Assembly: GCA_016193365.1 (NCBI GenBank)
Contig: JACPSI010000123.1
Location: forward strand, 20,543-84,542
From: Ignavibacteriales bacterium
GTDB taxonomy: Bacteria; Bacteroidota; Ignavibacteria; UBA10030
Direction: 5' to 3'
Length of the DNA: 64,000 nucleotides
This document shows positions 26,881 through 36,064 of this stretch, one piece after another. Numbering within the stretch: position 1 is the first letter of the stretch; every line of letters starts with the position of its first letter. The position numbers and the translations under genes are program-made. Below the pieces are notes generated by a model. The model did no database searches. It was not told the DNA's origin and saw nothing but the letters and a program-made list of their open reading frames with translations.

Positions 26881-28044
26881 ATGGCTTCTGCTCTCACGAA
26901 AGGTTTCGCAGTCATTATCGATGACGATTTTGGTAAAGAGAATTCAGATGATCTTATTTTTGAAATCGTTAAGAAAATCGAGGAATACGGCATACCAGTT
27001 TATAAGTGTGATTCACTTGCCCGCGCAACCAAGTTTGCGCAGAATTTTACTGAAATCAACTTTATTGTGCTCGATTGGAGGCTTTATCAATTCAATGAGA
27101 ATGTTACGGTTACCGAAGAAATTAAACAGGATAATGCAAAACAAAATGTGAAATTCCTCAATCAGCTGAAGAAGATATGCTTTGCTCCAGTTTTCTTATT
27201 CAGCTCCGAAGATGAAAAGGATGTCATTGCTGAATTGAAGGCAGTCGCGCCTGAACTTTACAATGATGACATGCAAAGAAACTTCATTTTTGTTAGAAAA
27301 AAGGAAGCGCTTGTAAAAGGCAATAAACTTTTCGAAGAAATATCTGGTTGGATCGAGAAAAATCCGACTATATACACGCTGAAGAAATGGGAGGAGTCCT
27401 TCTTAAGATCAAAGAACGACAGCTTTTGGATGTTGTTTGAAAGAAGTCCGGTTTGGCCGAGTATTCTGTGGAATTCTTTTGAAAGGGACTCAGTAGACGA
27501 AAGTTACAATATTTATGAGCAACTATATCGCATAGTCGAAGGAAGAGCATTGCGGTCGCCCTTAGATAAGAGTCTAGTACTTGGTACAGCGATACCAAGC
27601 GGGAATAATGATATTATGGGTGTCATTCGAGCAACAATGTTTGTGGAGGTAGGCAATATTCAAACAGATGACATTCAACCAGGCGACATTTATAAGATGG
27701 AAGATGGTACATACCTAATTAATGTTAGGCCAGTTTGTGACACTGTTTATAATAGAAAAAACAAAGATGGCAAGAATGCATTCGACGGTGACCTTTACTT
27801 ACTTAAAGGAACTAGAATAGGAGCGGAGGAATTTGAAGATAAACACTTTGATAAGACTTACGGCATAAAACAACCTGTGAATGCGTACGTGGTCTACGGG
27901 GTTGAGGATGCAAGTTTCTACCGATTTCAGTTCAAGAAACTCATAACAAAGAAATTTGATGAGCTTAGAACAAAGAGGATTCAGAGATTATTGCCCCCCC
28001 CATATTATTTTCCTCCAACAGAATTATTCGGCATACGCCGGTAG
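26881..28044 (+). CDS. CheY-like receiver domain protein with uncharacterised ~250-aa C-terminal (output/effector) domain
   Basis: AAGGAGG Shine-Dalgarno sequence 5 nt upstream. Receiver landmarks appear in the right order and spacing: AVIIDDD (beta1 acidic pair), FIVLDWRL (phospho-acceptor Asp), PVFLFSS (beta4 Ser/Thr) and FIFVRKK (beta5 Lys). The C-terminal domain has no motif I recognise. A C8 tract at 27994-28001 lies 14 codons before the stop. Confidence 0.75.
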   Translation: MASALTKGFAVIIDDDFGKENSDDLIFEIVKKIEEYGIPVYKCDSLARATKFAQNFTEINFIVLDWRLYQFNENVTVTEEIKQDNAKQNVKFLNQLKKICFAPVFLFSSEDEKDVIAELKAVAPELYNDDMQRNFIFVRKKEALVKGNKLFEEISGWIEKNPTIYTLKKWEESFLRSKNDSFWMLFERSPVWPSILWNSFERDSVDESYNIYEQLYRIVEGRALRSPLDKSLVLGTAIPSGNNDIMGVIRATMFVEVGNIQTDDIQPGDIYKMEDGTYLINVRPVCDTVYNRKNKDGKNAFDGDLYLLKGTRIGAEEFEDKHFDKTYGIKQPVNAYVVYGVEDASFYRFQFKKLITKKFDELRTKRIQRLLPPPYYFPPTELFGIRR

Positions 28045-28135
28045 AGTTGGAGTCCCCAGATTCCCGGATGATGCGGTAACATCATTACTCGAAAACGCAA
28101 AGAAACAGAAAAAAAAGTAATATCGGATTTCTCGA

Positions 28136-28161
28136 AACCCCGCCTCGCGTGGGGTTTTTTG
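28136..28161 (+). terminator. Intrinsic terminator closing the island operon
   Basis: AACCCCGC-CTC-GCGTGGGG hairpin followed by TTTTTTGTTT. Confidence 0.65.
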
Positions 28162-28216
28162 TTTCTATTCTCGACTGCTTTCACAAAAGATTTTGCGTAC
28201 ATTACAATTTCCCGCG

Positions 28217-31087
28217 ATGCTGAAAGCGCAAAAACCCAGAGATTTGATGCCTTCCCCAAAAACAAAGCATCGAAATACGGAGGCTAAAATCCCAAAACCG
28301 GGCAACGGCTCCAGGATCACACACATTACCATTCGCGGAGCCAGAGTTCACAACCTCAAGAATATCAACCTCGAGATTCCGCGGGATAAACTCATCGTCA
28401 TCACAGGCGTCAGCGGTTCGGGAAAATCCAGCCTGGCTTTTGATACGATCTATGCAGAAGGACAACGCCGATATGTCGAAAGCCTCTCGTCGTATGCACG
28501 CCAATTTCTGGAGCGAATGGAAAAACCGGACGTCGACCTGATCCAGGGAATCAGCCCCGCCATCGCCATCGAACAAAAAACAACCACCCGCAACCCGCGC
28601 TCGACCGTTGCCACCACGACAGAAGTCTATGATTATCTTCGCCTTCTTTATGGAAGAATAGGGAAAACCTATTGCCGGCAATGTGGAAACCTTGTTCAGC
28701 GCAGCACCGTTTCCTCGGCTGTTGAAAGACTCTTGCAAGAGGCAGAGGGAACAAAGATATTCGTCATGTTTCCGCTACACGACCATCCGGGAAGGTCGAT
28801 GAAGGAAGAATTCCAGGCTCTCAAGAAGCGGGGGTTTTACCGCATCGTCGTCGACGGCAAGATGATAGATCTGAATGAAAACGACTATAAAGGCAAAGAG
28901 AAGAAGGCTGTGAGCGTGCTTGTGGACCGACTCATCGTCCGCAGGAACGACAAGGAAGCTCAAACACGCATTGTCGATTCCATCGAAACTGCATTTGTCG
29001 AAGGTGACGGCTATGCTTTGATCTATGACCTCGACAAAAAGACGACACTGAAATTCAGCCAGCATTATGAATGCTCCAACGACGGCATTCGCTACGATGA
29101 CCCTGAACCACGCTTTTTCTCGTTTAACAATCCTGTTGGAGCATGCCCCAAATGCCAGGGGTTTGGACGTTCCATTGGGATCGACATGAATCTCGTTGTT
29201 CCAAATCCGAACAAGACGATTCGCCAGGGAGCCATTCAACCGTGGACGTTTCCCCGATGGAGGGAGAATCTCGCCGACCTGCTTCGGGTTGCCAAGCAAG
29301 CGGGAATTTCAGTCGACGTCCCATTTGCAAAGCTCAATGAACTGCAGCTCGACGTCATTATGAACGGCTACGACGGTTTCGATGGAATCAACAGGTTCTT
29401 CAAGTTCATCGAGCGCAAGTCATACAAAATTCACTATCGGGTGTTTTTAAGCCGTTACCGCGGCTACACGACATGCGATGAGTGCGGCGGTTCACGTTTG
29501 CGCAAGGAAGCCCTGAACATCAAAGTCGGCGAGAAAACAATTCATGAAGTCGTTAAAATGACGATTGCAGAGGCGAATGAGTTTTTTCGAAGCCTCAAAT
29601 TATCTCTTTATGACGCCGAGGTGGGAAAGCGTATTCTTGAAGAAATCAGCAAGCGACTGCGATTTCTCAATGAAGTCGGCATCGGGTATGTTACGTTGGA
29701 TCGTTTGACCATGACATTATCAGGCGGAGAGTCACAGCGCATCAACCTCGCCACATCGCTTGGTTCATCCTTGCGGGATTCCGTCTATGTTCTCGACGAG
29801 CCCAGCATTGGCTTGCATCCACGAGACAACTCCAGGTTGATCAATATTTTAAAATCCCTTCGTGACCTCGGAAACACTGTCGTCGTCGTCGAGCATGATG
29901 AGGATATGATTCGTTCGGCTGATGTTGTGGTGGACATGGGCCCAAAAGCCGGGGAGCATGGGGGCGAGGTTGTTTTTTGCGGGGATCTGGAGGGGTTAAA
30001 AAAAGATTCCGCCTCACTCACGGCGCAATATCTCAATCAGAACCTCACTATTCCCGTTCCGAAATACCGGAGGAAAGATCCGGAGGAATCTGTGTATGTG
30101 CGAGGGGCTTCTGAGAATAATCTGAAGAATATCGATGTGCGCATTCCCCTCAAAATTTTTGCCTGCGTCACAGGAGTAAGCGGCTCGGGGAAAAGCACCT
30201 TGGTTCACGACATCCTTTTCGCCGGCCTCCAAAAAAGGAAAGGCATCTTCGACGGCAGTGTCGGCAAATGTGTTGCCATCGAAGGGGCGGATAATATCAG
30301 CCATGTGGAAATGGTGGACCAATCGCCCATCGGCAGAACGCCGCGGTCGAATCCCATCACGTACATCAAGGCGTTTGATCTCATTCGGGATCTCCTCTCC
30401 GAAACCCAGGCAGCAAAGATTCGCGGTTTCAAGCCGGGGCATTTTTCCTTCAACGTGCCGGGGGGACGCTGTGAAACGTGCGAAGGCGACGGCGTTCAGA
30501 AAATCGAAATGCAGTTCCTCGCTGACCTTTACCTCACATGTGAATCCTGCAAGGGCAAACGGTTCAAGAAAGAGGTTCTGGACATCCGGTTTCGGGGAAA
30601 AAATGTCGACGACATTCTCAAAATGACCGTCACCGAAGCGATTGCGTTTTTCGCACAGTCGGTGGAGGGAAAAAGAGTTGCGCGTCGATTGAAAGTCCTG
30701 GATGATGTCGGCCTGGGCTATTTGCGGCTCGGCCAACCGGCAACGACGCTTTCAGGAGGCGAGGCGCAACGGATCAAACTCGCTCATCATCTTTCAGCAA
30801 CAGAAACCGAGGGGAAAACGCTTTTCCTGTTCGACGAGCCCACAACAGGGTTGCACTTTGACGACATCGCAAAACTCTTGAAATGTTTCGATGCGCTCGT
30901 TGATGCTGGACATTCAATACTCGTTATCGAGCACAATATGAACGTGATCAAATGTGCGGATTTTATTATCGACCTGGGACCTGAGGCGGGAAACGAAGGG
31001 GGAGAGATTGTAGCGACAGGGACGCCGGAAGATATTGCGCGTTCGCCGAAATCGCATACGGGCAGATTCCTCAAACAGTATCTGTAA
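28217..31087 (+). CDS. uvrA: Excinuclease ABC subunit A
   Basis: [62 protein letters not shown] second ABC module (GVSGSGKST; LSGGEAQR twice) and Cys4 zinc modules. The start is uncertain: in-frame candidates at 28193 (TTG), 28217 (ATG) and 28247 (ATG). Confidence 0.95.
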   Translation: MLKAQKPRDLMPSPKTKHRNTEAKIPKPGNGSRITHITIRGARVHNLKNINLEIPRDKLIVITGVSGSGKSSLAFDTIYAEGQRRYVESLSSYARQFLERMEKPDVDLIQGISPAIAIEQKTTTRNPRSTVATTTEVYDYLRLLYGRIGKTYCRQCGNLVQRSTVSSAVERLLQEAEGTKIFVMFPLHDHPGRSMKEEFQALKKRGFYRIVVDGKMIDLNENDYKGKEKKAVSVLVDRLIVRRNDKEAQTRIVDSIETAFVEGDGYALIYDLDKKTTLKFSQHYECSNDGIRYDDPEPRFFSFNNPVGACPKCQGFGRSIGIDMNLVVPNPNKTIRQGAIQPWTFPRWRENLADLLRVAKQAGISVDVPFAKLNELQLDVIMNGYDGFDGINRFFKFIERKSYKIHYRVFLSRYRGYTTCDECGGSRLRKEALNIKVGEKTIHEVVKMTIAEANEFFRSLKLSLYDAEVGKRILEEISKRLRFLNEVGIGYVTLDRLTMTLSGGESQRINLATSLGSSLRDSVYVLDEPSIGLHPRDNSRLINILKSLRDLGNTVVVVEHDEDMIRSADVVVDMGPKAGEHGGEVVFCGDLEGLKKDSASLTAQYLNQNLTIPVPKYRRKDPEESVYVRGASENNLKNIDVRIPLKIFACVTGVSGSGKSTLVHDILFAGLQKRKGIFDGSVGKCVAIEGADNISHVEMVDQSPIGRTPRSNPITYIKAFDLIRDLLSETQAAKIRGFKPGHFSFNVPGGRCETCEGDGVQKIEMQFLADLYLTCESCKGKRFKKEVLDIRFRGKNVDDILKMTVTEAIAFFAQSVEGKRVARRLKVLDDVGLGYLRLGQPATTLSGGEAQRIKLAHHLSATETEGKTLFLFDEPTTGLHFDDIAKLLKCFDALVDAGHSILVIEHNMNVIKCADFIIDLGPEAGNEGGEIVATGTPEDIARSPKSHTGRFLKQYL

Positions 31088-31093
31088 ATCGCG

Positions 31094-31190
31094 GAAGTCC
31101 GACTTCTGGTGAGGTGAGCGTGAAGTCAGTCGGACTTCTGACTTTGGAATCGAGTCTTCAAGACTGTGCCACGACTTTCAAGTCGTGGCA
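31094..31190. terminator. Cluster of three hairpins between convergent uvrA and the DUF4097 gene
   Basis: GAAGTCCGACT (31094-31104) pairs with AGTCGGACTTC (31128-31138). There is also AGTCTT-CA-AGACT, and TGCCACGACTTTCAAGTCGTGGCA (31167-31190), which is a near copy of the 13225 hairpin. Confidence 0.55.
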
Positions 31191-31206
31191 ATTAAATAAA
31201 TAACCG

Positions 31207-32604
31207 CTATCGCTGCGTCACTTTGATATTCCCCGAAGTTGTTTCGATTCTCATCGAACCGTTCCCTGAGCCCATCTTCCCAATCGCAATGGCCCCGCTG
31301 CCCATATCTTCCACTTCAACCGGCAGGTCTGACCGTATTTTTCCATACGTCGCTTTCAATCGAACATCTCCGGAGAATCCGCTTGGCAGAGACACTGTAA
31401 CGTTGCCATACTCGTTGTTCACGTGGACCTTTGTCGGCTTGGAAACGAGTTCGATGTCGACGGGGTTGCTCTTGTTTGAAATGCTGACATTCTGAGCTGT
31501 CAAACCGTAAACTAAGATTGTGCTGTACATTGTCTTTGAATCCCAGTCTCCCGTGATCTTCTCTGCCGTGATCCGGGCGCTCTGACTGGAGATGTCAACA
31601 TTACCTTTGACATTTTTGAGATTCATCGTCGAATACGGATTGTCGATGACAAGATTTCCGACAGCATCGGTAACGTGGAGCCTTCCGGATTGTCCCCTCA
31701 CCTTCAGAGGCTTATTGGATTTTCCGCTTACGGACGCAATATCGATGTTGCTGTAGAGCCCGTCCACCTGAACTCCGTCCACAGTTTTGATTCTGATCTT
31801 GCCGCTTTTGTTGCTGACATCGACGAAGCCCGTCACGCGGTTCACCGTCAACGTCGAATAATCAGATTCCACTGAAAGATCTTTCTGGACATCTTCAATG
31901 GTCAGCGTTCCGCTTTGTGAACGTATCTTCGCCGACCCGCTCACGCGGTTGACGGTGATGTTCGAATATTTTGCGTCGATGTCCAGAGTTCCGTTGAAAT
32001 CATCAACCTTGACGGTGCCGCTTTGAGATTCTAGCCGGAGGCTTCCTCCGCAGTCGTCAAGAGTGGTTTTGCCGTAGTTGTTCCTGATGGTTTTTGTAGC
32101 GGAACAGTTCCTCAGCTGGAGCGTGTTGCTCTGTCCGTCCAGTTCGAGTTCGCCCTTCATGTCTTCCAGTGACAAAGAGCCATATTTCAAATCCGTGTAT
32201 AAGGCATTTGATTTCGGGACATAGATCTCGCCCCGCACATCCTTTCGGACGTATGAACTGAACTCGAGATTGAACAACTTCCTGATCGAGAATCCCTCGC
32301 GAAACTTCGTGTCAAGCTCGTCGAAGATAATTGTCACCGCAGAGGTCGAGGATTTGTCCGAGACACCGACTGTTTTGATGTACTCGTCCTCATATTCCTC
32401 GCTGGAAGAAGAAATGCTGACATTGAGCTTTATGTAGACCTCGTTTTTGTCCCACGACTTAAATTCAATCTTCGAACCGTTAAAACCATTAAGTTCAATC
32501 TTCTGAGATGGTTCTGTCACAATCCTTCGTTCGATTTCACGATTCTTCTCGCTGACAGGAAAAATTGTCGCAGCCGCAAAAAGGACTATCGATAATGCTT
32601 TCAT
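31207..32604 (-). CDS. DUF4097 family beta-strand repeat (adhesin-like) protein
   Basis: Signal peptide, then many repeats of the type G-x-[IL]-x-[VI]-x-x-x-x-G-x-[IV] (SGTVKVDDFNGTLDIDAKYSNITV...). The start overlaps the anti-sigma gene by 4 nt. Confidence 0.75.
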   Translation of the reverse strand: MKALSIVLFAAATIFPVSEKNREIERRIVTEPSQKIELNGFNGSKIEFKSWDKNEVYIKLNVSISSSSEEYEDEYIKTVGVSDKSSTSAVTIIFDELDTKFREGFSIRKLFNLEFSSYVRKDVRGEIYVPKSNALYTDLKYGSLSLEDMKGELELDGQSNTLQLRNCSATKTIRNNYGKTTLDDCGGSLRLESQSGTVKVDDFNGTLDIDAKYSNITVNRVSGSAKIRSQSGTLTIEDVQKDLSVESDYSTLTVNRVTGFVDVSNKSGKIRIKTVDGVQVDGLYSNIDIASVSGKSNKPLKVRGQSGRLHVTDAVGNLVIDNPYSTMNLKNVKGNVDISSQSARITAEKITGDWDSKTMYSTILVYGLTAQNVSISNKSNPVDIELVSKPTKVHVNNEYGNVTVSLPSGFSGDVRLKATYGKIRSDLPVEVEDMGSGAIAIGKMGSGNGSMRIETTSGNIKVTQR

Positions 32605-33104
32605 AACTCTATTTCTCCTTGTTCGATCATTTCCTGCAAAAGCTTTAACTTTAAGCTGTACAACTGCCGCAAACGAGAGCGCTTCAAGGTTGAGAGGTCG
32701 TTCGAGTTTGTCTCTTGCTTGAGCTCCTGGATGGCTCTGTCCAGCAAATGGAGATGTTCCTTTCTCGTGAGAGCCAGCTCGTTGGTAATCGAGTTTTGAT
32801 TTTCGCTCACCGTTTGCACGGCAAGTTCTTCAAACTCGCGGATTGCAGATTGGTATGCTTTATCCAGCTTTACCGCCTGGGGCTGAGAGTATTCAATCGC
32901 ACCTCTCAGAGTGGCATACACACCAACGGCAGCGAACATCAGCAGGAAGGAGGCCGCCATCCCGTAGAGGAAGCTCCTTCGGTCGGACAGGAAAAAGATT
33001 TTTGAGGGGCCTGCAATTTCGCCTTTAATGCGAGCCCACATCGAGCTCTTCTGTTGACGTTGCGGATAGTCGTTCCCTGAATAGAATGAGTCGGGATGAA
33101 TCAT
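32601..33104 (-). CDS. Putative anti-sigma factor (single-pass membrane protein)
   Basis: Position immediately after, and 4-nt overlapped with, the ECF sigma gene. One central TM helix (FLYGMAASFLLMFAAVGVYATL). The assignment rests on context only. Confidence 0.55.
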   Translation of the reverse strand: MIHPDSFYSGNDYPQRQQKSSMWARIKGEIAGPSKIFFLSDRRSFLYGMAASFLLMFAAVGVYATLRGAIEYSQPQAVKLDKAYQSAIREFEELAVQTVSENQNSITNELALTRKEHLHLLDRAIQELKQETNSNDLSTLKRSRLRQLYSLKLKLLQEMIEQGEIEL

Positions 33105-33652
33105 TTCAACCTCCGTTCAGAATCCCACTGATGTTTGAGTAATTGTTTGGTTCTGCTCAGAATTGTCCTCGATGTACTCTCGCCGACGCCGAGCATCGAA
33201 GCGATTTCGAAATGAGAATAGCCCTCGACCTCATACAGAATGAAAACCATACGTTTTGTTTCGTCGAGATTGTCGAGATACGTCTTCATCGTAGCATCCC
33301 ATTCGAAGGTTTCATGTTCGCTGAATGTATCTTTCGTCGTTTCATCGAACGAATCGACGGTCGATACAAGGTTCATCCTTCGTCTATCCGATTGCATTTC
33401 GTTCAAAGCGATGCGAAACAACCACGACGAGAACTTCGAGCTTCCGCGGAATTGCGGAAGTCCATGGAATGCTTTGATAAACGCACGTTGGATCCAATCT
33501 TCCACCTCCGCGTTGTTCTTCGAAAACTGCTTCATAAACCGGTATAAACGGTCGACGTTGGCGTCGTAGAGCATCCGGAATGCCCTCTGATCGCCGTTCT
33601 TGCTCTGCTCAATCCATGACAGCTCGTCGTTGGATTCTGCTGGGCTGGCCAT
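33101..33652 (-). CDS. ECF-type sigma-70 family RNA polymerase sigma factor
   Basis: Region 2 (FRMLYDANVDRLYRFM...EDWIQRAFIKAF) and region 4 HTH (YEVEGYSHFEIASMLGVGESTSRTILSRTKQ). Confidence 0.88.
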   Translation of the reverse strand: MASPAESNDELSWIEQSKNGDQRAFRMLYDANVDRLYRFMKQFSKNNAEVEDWIQRAFIKAFHGLPQFRGSSKFSSWLFRIALNEMQSDRRRMNLVSTVDSFDETTKDTFSEHETFEWDATMKTYLDNLDETKRMVFILYEVEGYSHFEIASMLGVGESTSRTILSRTKQLLKHQWDSERRLK

Positions 33653-33898
33653 TCGAATAATTAGATGTGGGAAAACGGGGAAATGCTACAAGCGTAAGGA
33701 CTAACGAACGCGAGATTTTTGCGGAGGACGTTTCTCAGGTGTTGTGACGAAAGTCACCGTACAGCCCAACTCCGGTTTTTATATTGCACATGCAGTTAAA
33801 AGGGCTTCGTTTAACTTGTAGGGCTGAGGGGAGGCCTTATGGGTGAGCGAAGTCCTTTCTGTGTTTTTAGAGGTCAATGCGGCTCGGCCATTTGGATT

Positions 33899-34636
33899 TC
33901 AATACAGCGACCCAAAATTGAGCGTGATATAGAACCCGCCGAAGTTTCTGATAATCCCTCCCCCGTACATAACCTCAATCCCGTTTGGAAACGGAGCTAT
34001 GTAGTATCGAATGTTAATTCCCGAGAGGCTACCTTTTTCCATTCCAAAGTACGCGCCAAAACCGATAAATCCTCCCAATGTGTATTTTGCCTGTCCAGAT
34101 TTCAGACTGGAAAAGAATTCAATTGGTTCATCTGAAGTGGCTGTTCCGCCTCCAGGTAAAGGGAAAGTTTCCCGTCGAGAATACGGTGCGACAAAAACCA
34201 TTGTTGGGCCGATCGCAGCAGTGACATAAGGCCTGAAGTTGTCAACGATGTCGTCGGTGAAAAGCCTGTATTGGATTCCTGCGGCGAGTGGAAAAAAGAG
34301 TAGTCGATTCTTTTTCCCATAAACAAAGGGATTTCCAAGGTAGTCGTACCGCTCAAATTCCGCCTCGTCTTTCACATCAGAAATTGCCAGATTGAGAAAA
34401 CCTGCAAATTCATCCGACAATTCTCGCCGATAGAAAATTCCCGCTCCAAATCCGTTGTTTGAGATAAGCAGGTCGAATCCCCATGCGTTGAGCAGAGGTT
34501 GATAGAGAGATTTTCGAAGGATTTCCGGGTTTGCCGGCTGGAATATGATCGTCGTGTCAGCTGGGAGAACTTGGCCGAACGCCTGCATTGTGAGGATTGG
34601 AATGAGGAACAGCGAGGATAATCTGGCCGGTTTCAT
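33899..34636 (-). CDS. Putative outer-membrane beta-barrel protein
   Basis: Signal peptide MKPARLSSLFLIPILTMQAFGQ, alternating amphipathic beta-strand pattern, and C-terminal aromatic residue (...ITLNFGSLY). Confidence 0.55.
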   Translation of the reverse strand: MKPARLSSLFLIPILTMQAFGQVLPADTTIIFQPANPEILRKSLYQPLLNAWGFDLLISNNGFGAGIFYRRELSDEFAGFLNLAISDVKDEAEFERYDYLGNPFVYGKKNRLLFFPLAAGIQYRLFTDDIVDNFRPYVTAAIGPTMVFVAPYSRRETFPLPGGGTATSDEPIEFFSSLKSGQAKYTLGGFIGFGAYFGMEKGSLSGINIRYYIAPFPNGIEVMYGGGIIRNFGGFYITLNFGSLY

Positions 34637-34703
34637 CAGTAGGTCCCCCGATGGTTGTTGATACCAATATAGGCTTCGTGCGAGTGAAAGGCAAATTGCA
34701 TGT

Positions 34704-35873
34704 TCAGTGGACTGCGAAGACCGCAAATTTGAGATAAGCCGTTTCCGGCATCATCGTCAGGACAGGATGGTCGAGGCTGGCACCAGAAAGCTCAAGGAGC
34801 TGAATCGTCCTTCCCGACTTTCGCGAGGCTTGCTCAATCGAGGTTAAAAAGGCTTCCTGCGTAACATGATGAGAACAGGACGCTGAAATAAGAAAACCTC
34901 CCGGGTTGATAAGTCGGAGAGCAAGTTGGTTGATTTCCTTATAACCCCGCAATGCTGTTGTAACATTTTTCCTGCTTTTTGTGAACGACGGCGGGTCGAG
35001 TATGACCACATCGTACCTCGCGTTTTCATCGTTCAGTTTCGTAAGGTGGTCGAAAACATCGGCGACTTCGAACAAGGCATGGTTCGTATCGTTAATGTGT
35101 GCGTTCACTCGCGCCCTCGAGATTGCGGATGAAGATTGGTCTAATCCTAAAACACTTTTGGCTTTTCCTGCCACAGCATTCAAAGAGAATCCTCCCTCAT
35201 AGCAAAAACAGTCAAGGACGGATGCGTTCCTCACATAACGACGTGTCGTTCTCCTATTTTCCCTTTGGTCAAGGAAAAAACCAGTTTTTTGGCCTTTCAG
35301 TAAGTCTATCTTGAACTTGACACCGTGCTCGACAATGATAGTTTCATCAAGTGTGCCACGGACAACACGCCTCTCCTGTGGTAGGTGCTCCAGTGTTCGT
35401 AATACCGAATCATTGCACGCAACAATAGCCCGGGGATGAAAAATCGAGTCGAGGACATCGCAAACGAGCTCCAGCCGCCTGTCCATTCCAAAGGACAGGG
35501 TTTGTATGGAAAGGTATTCATTGTACTTGTCCACGATAAGACCTGGGAGGAAGTCGCTCTCGCTGTGTAGAAGGCGAAATACTTCTGATTGAGGGAATAA
35601 TTTCCTGCGCAGCTCAAGGGCCTGAGTTACGCGCTTTTCAAAAAAATCGAATGCGATTTCTTCCTGTTGTCTCGTGAGGATGCGGGCGGCGATGAGTGAA
35701 TGAGGGTTGAAAAAACCCACCCCAAGGAATTTGTTCTGATAATTCAGCACTTCCACAATATCGCCCGTTTCGGGCTCACCCTTGGTCGATACGACCTCGT
35801 TGCTGAACACCCATTGGTGCCCTGCGAGGATGCGATGCTCTTCATTTTTTCTAAGAACAACCTGTTTTCTCAT
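34704..35873 (-). CDS. rlmI: Class I SAM-dependent rRNA (cytosine-C5) methyltransferase, RlmI-like (PUA + MTase)
   Basis: PUA-like N-terminus (HQWVFSNEV...GDIVEV), KTGFFLDQREN, SAM-binding VLDCFCYEGGFS and DVVILDPPSF. ATG 35873 is preferred over 35963. Confidence 0.8.
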   Translation of the reverse strand: MRKQVVLRKNEEHRILAGHQWVFSNEVVSTKGEPETGDIVEVLNYQNKFLGVGFFNPHSLIAARILTRQQEEIAFDFFEKRVTQALELRRKLFPQSEVFRLLHSESDFLPGLIVDKYNEYLSIQTLSFGMDRRLELVCDVLDSIFHPRAIVACNDSVLRTLEHLPQERRVVRGTLDETIIVEHGVKFKIDLLKGQKTGFFLDQRENRRTTRRYVRNASVLDCFCYEGGFSLNAVAGKAKSVLGLDQSSSAISRARVNAHINDTNHALFEVADVFDHLTKLNDENARYDVVILDPPSFTKSRKNVTTALRGYKEINQLALRLINPGGFLISASCSHHVTQEAFLTSIEQASRKSGRTIQLLELSGASLDHPVLTMMPETAYLKFAVFAVH

Positions 35874-36064
35874 GTTTTCAAAGTAGAAACAAATACTGCG
35901 AGATGCAACGCGATGCATGGTAGCCCCAGTTGCAACACATGCAAAGGATTGGTATCTTTTCAATCAGAAAGCTTTCTGGCAGAAAGGTTTCTGGGAACAC
36001 CGCCAGAGAGTCTTTCTCCTGACGTAAAAGTATCACGGTCATTCTATCCGGAAGGAATTAACCC

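Noticed and set aside
23237-28216. Island as an integrative mobile element (integrase, tRNA attachment site, flanking direct repeats)
   Set aside because: I found no integrase or transposase ORF, no tRNA gene and no convincing direct repeats at the island borders by eye. Horizontal origin is suggested only by composition.
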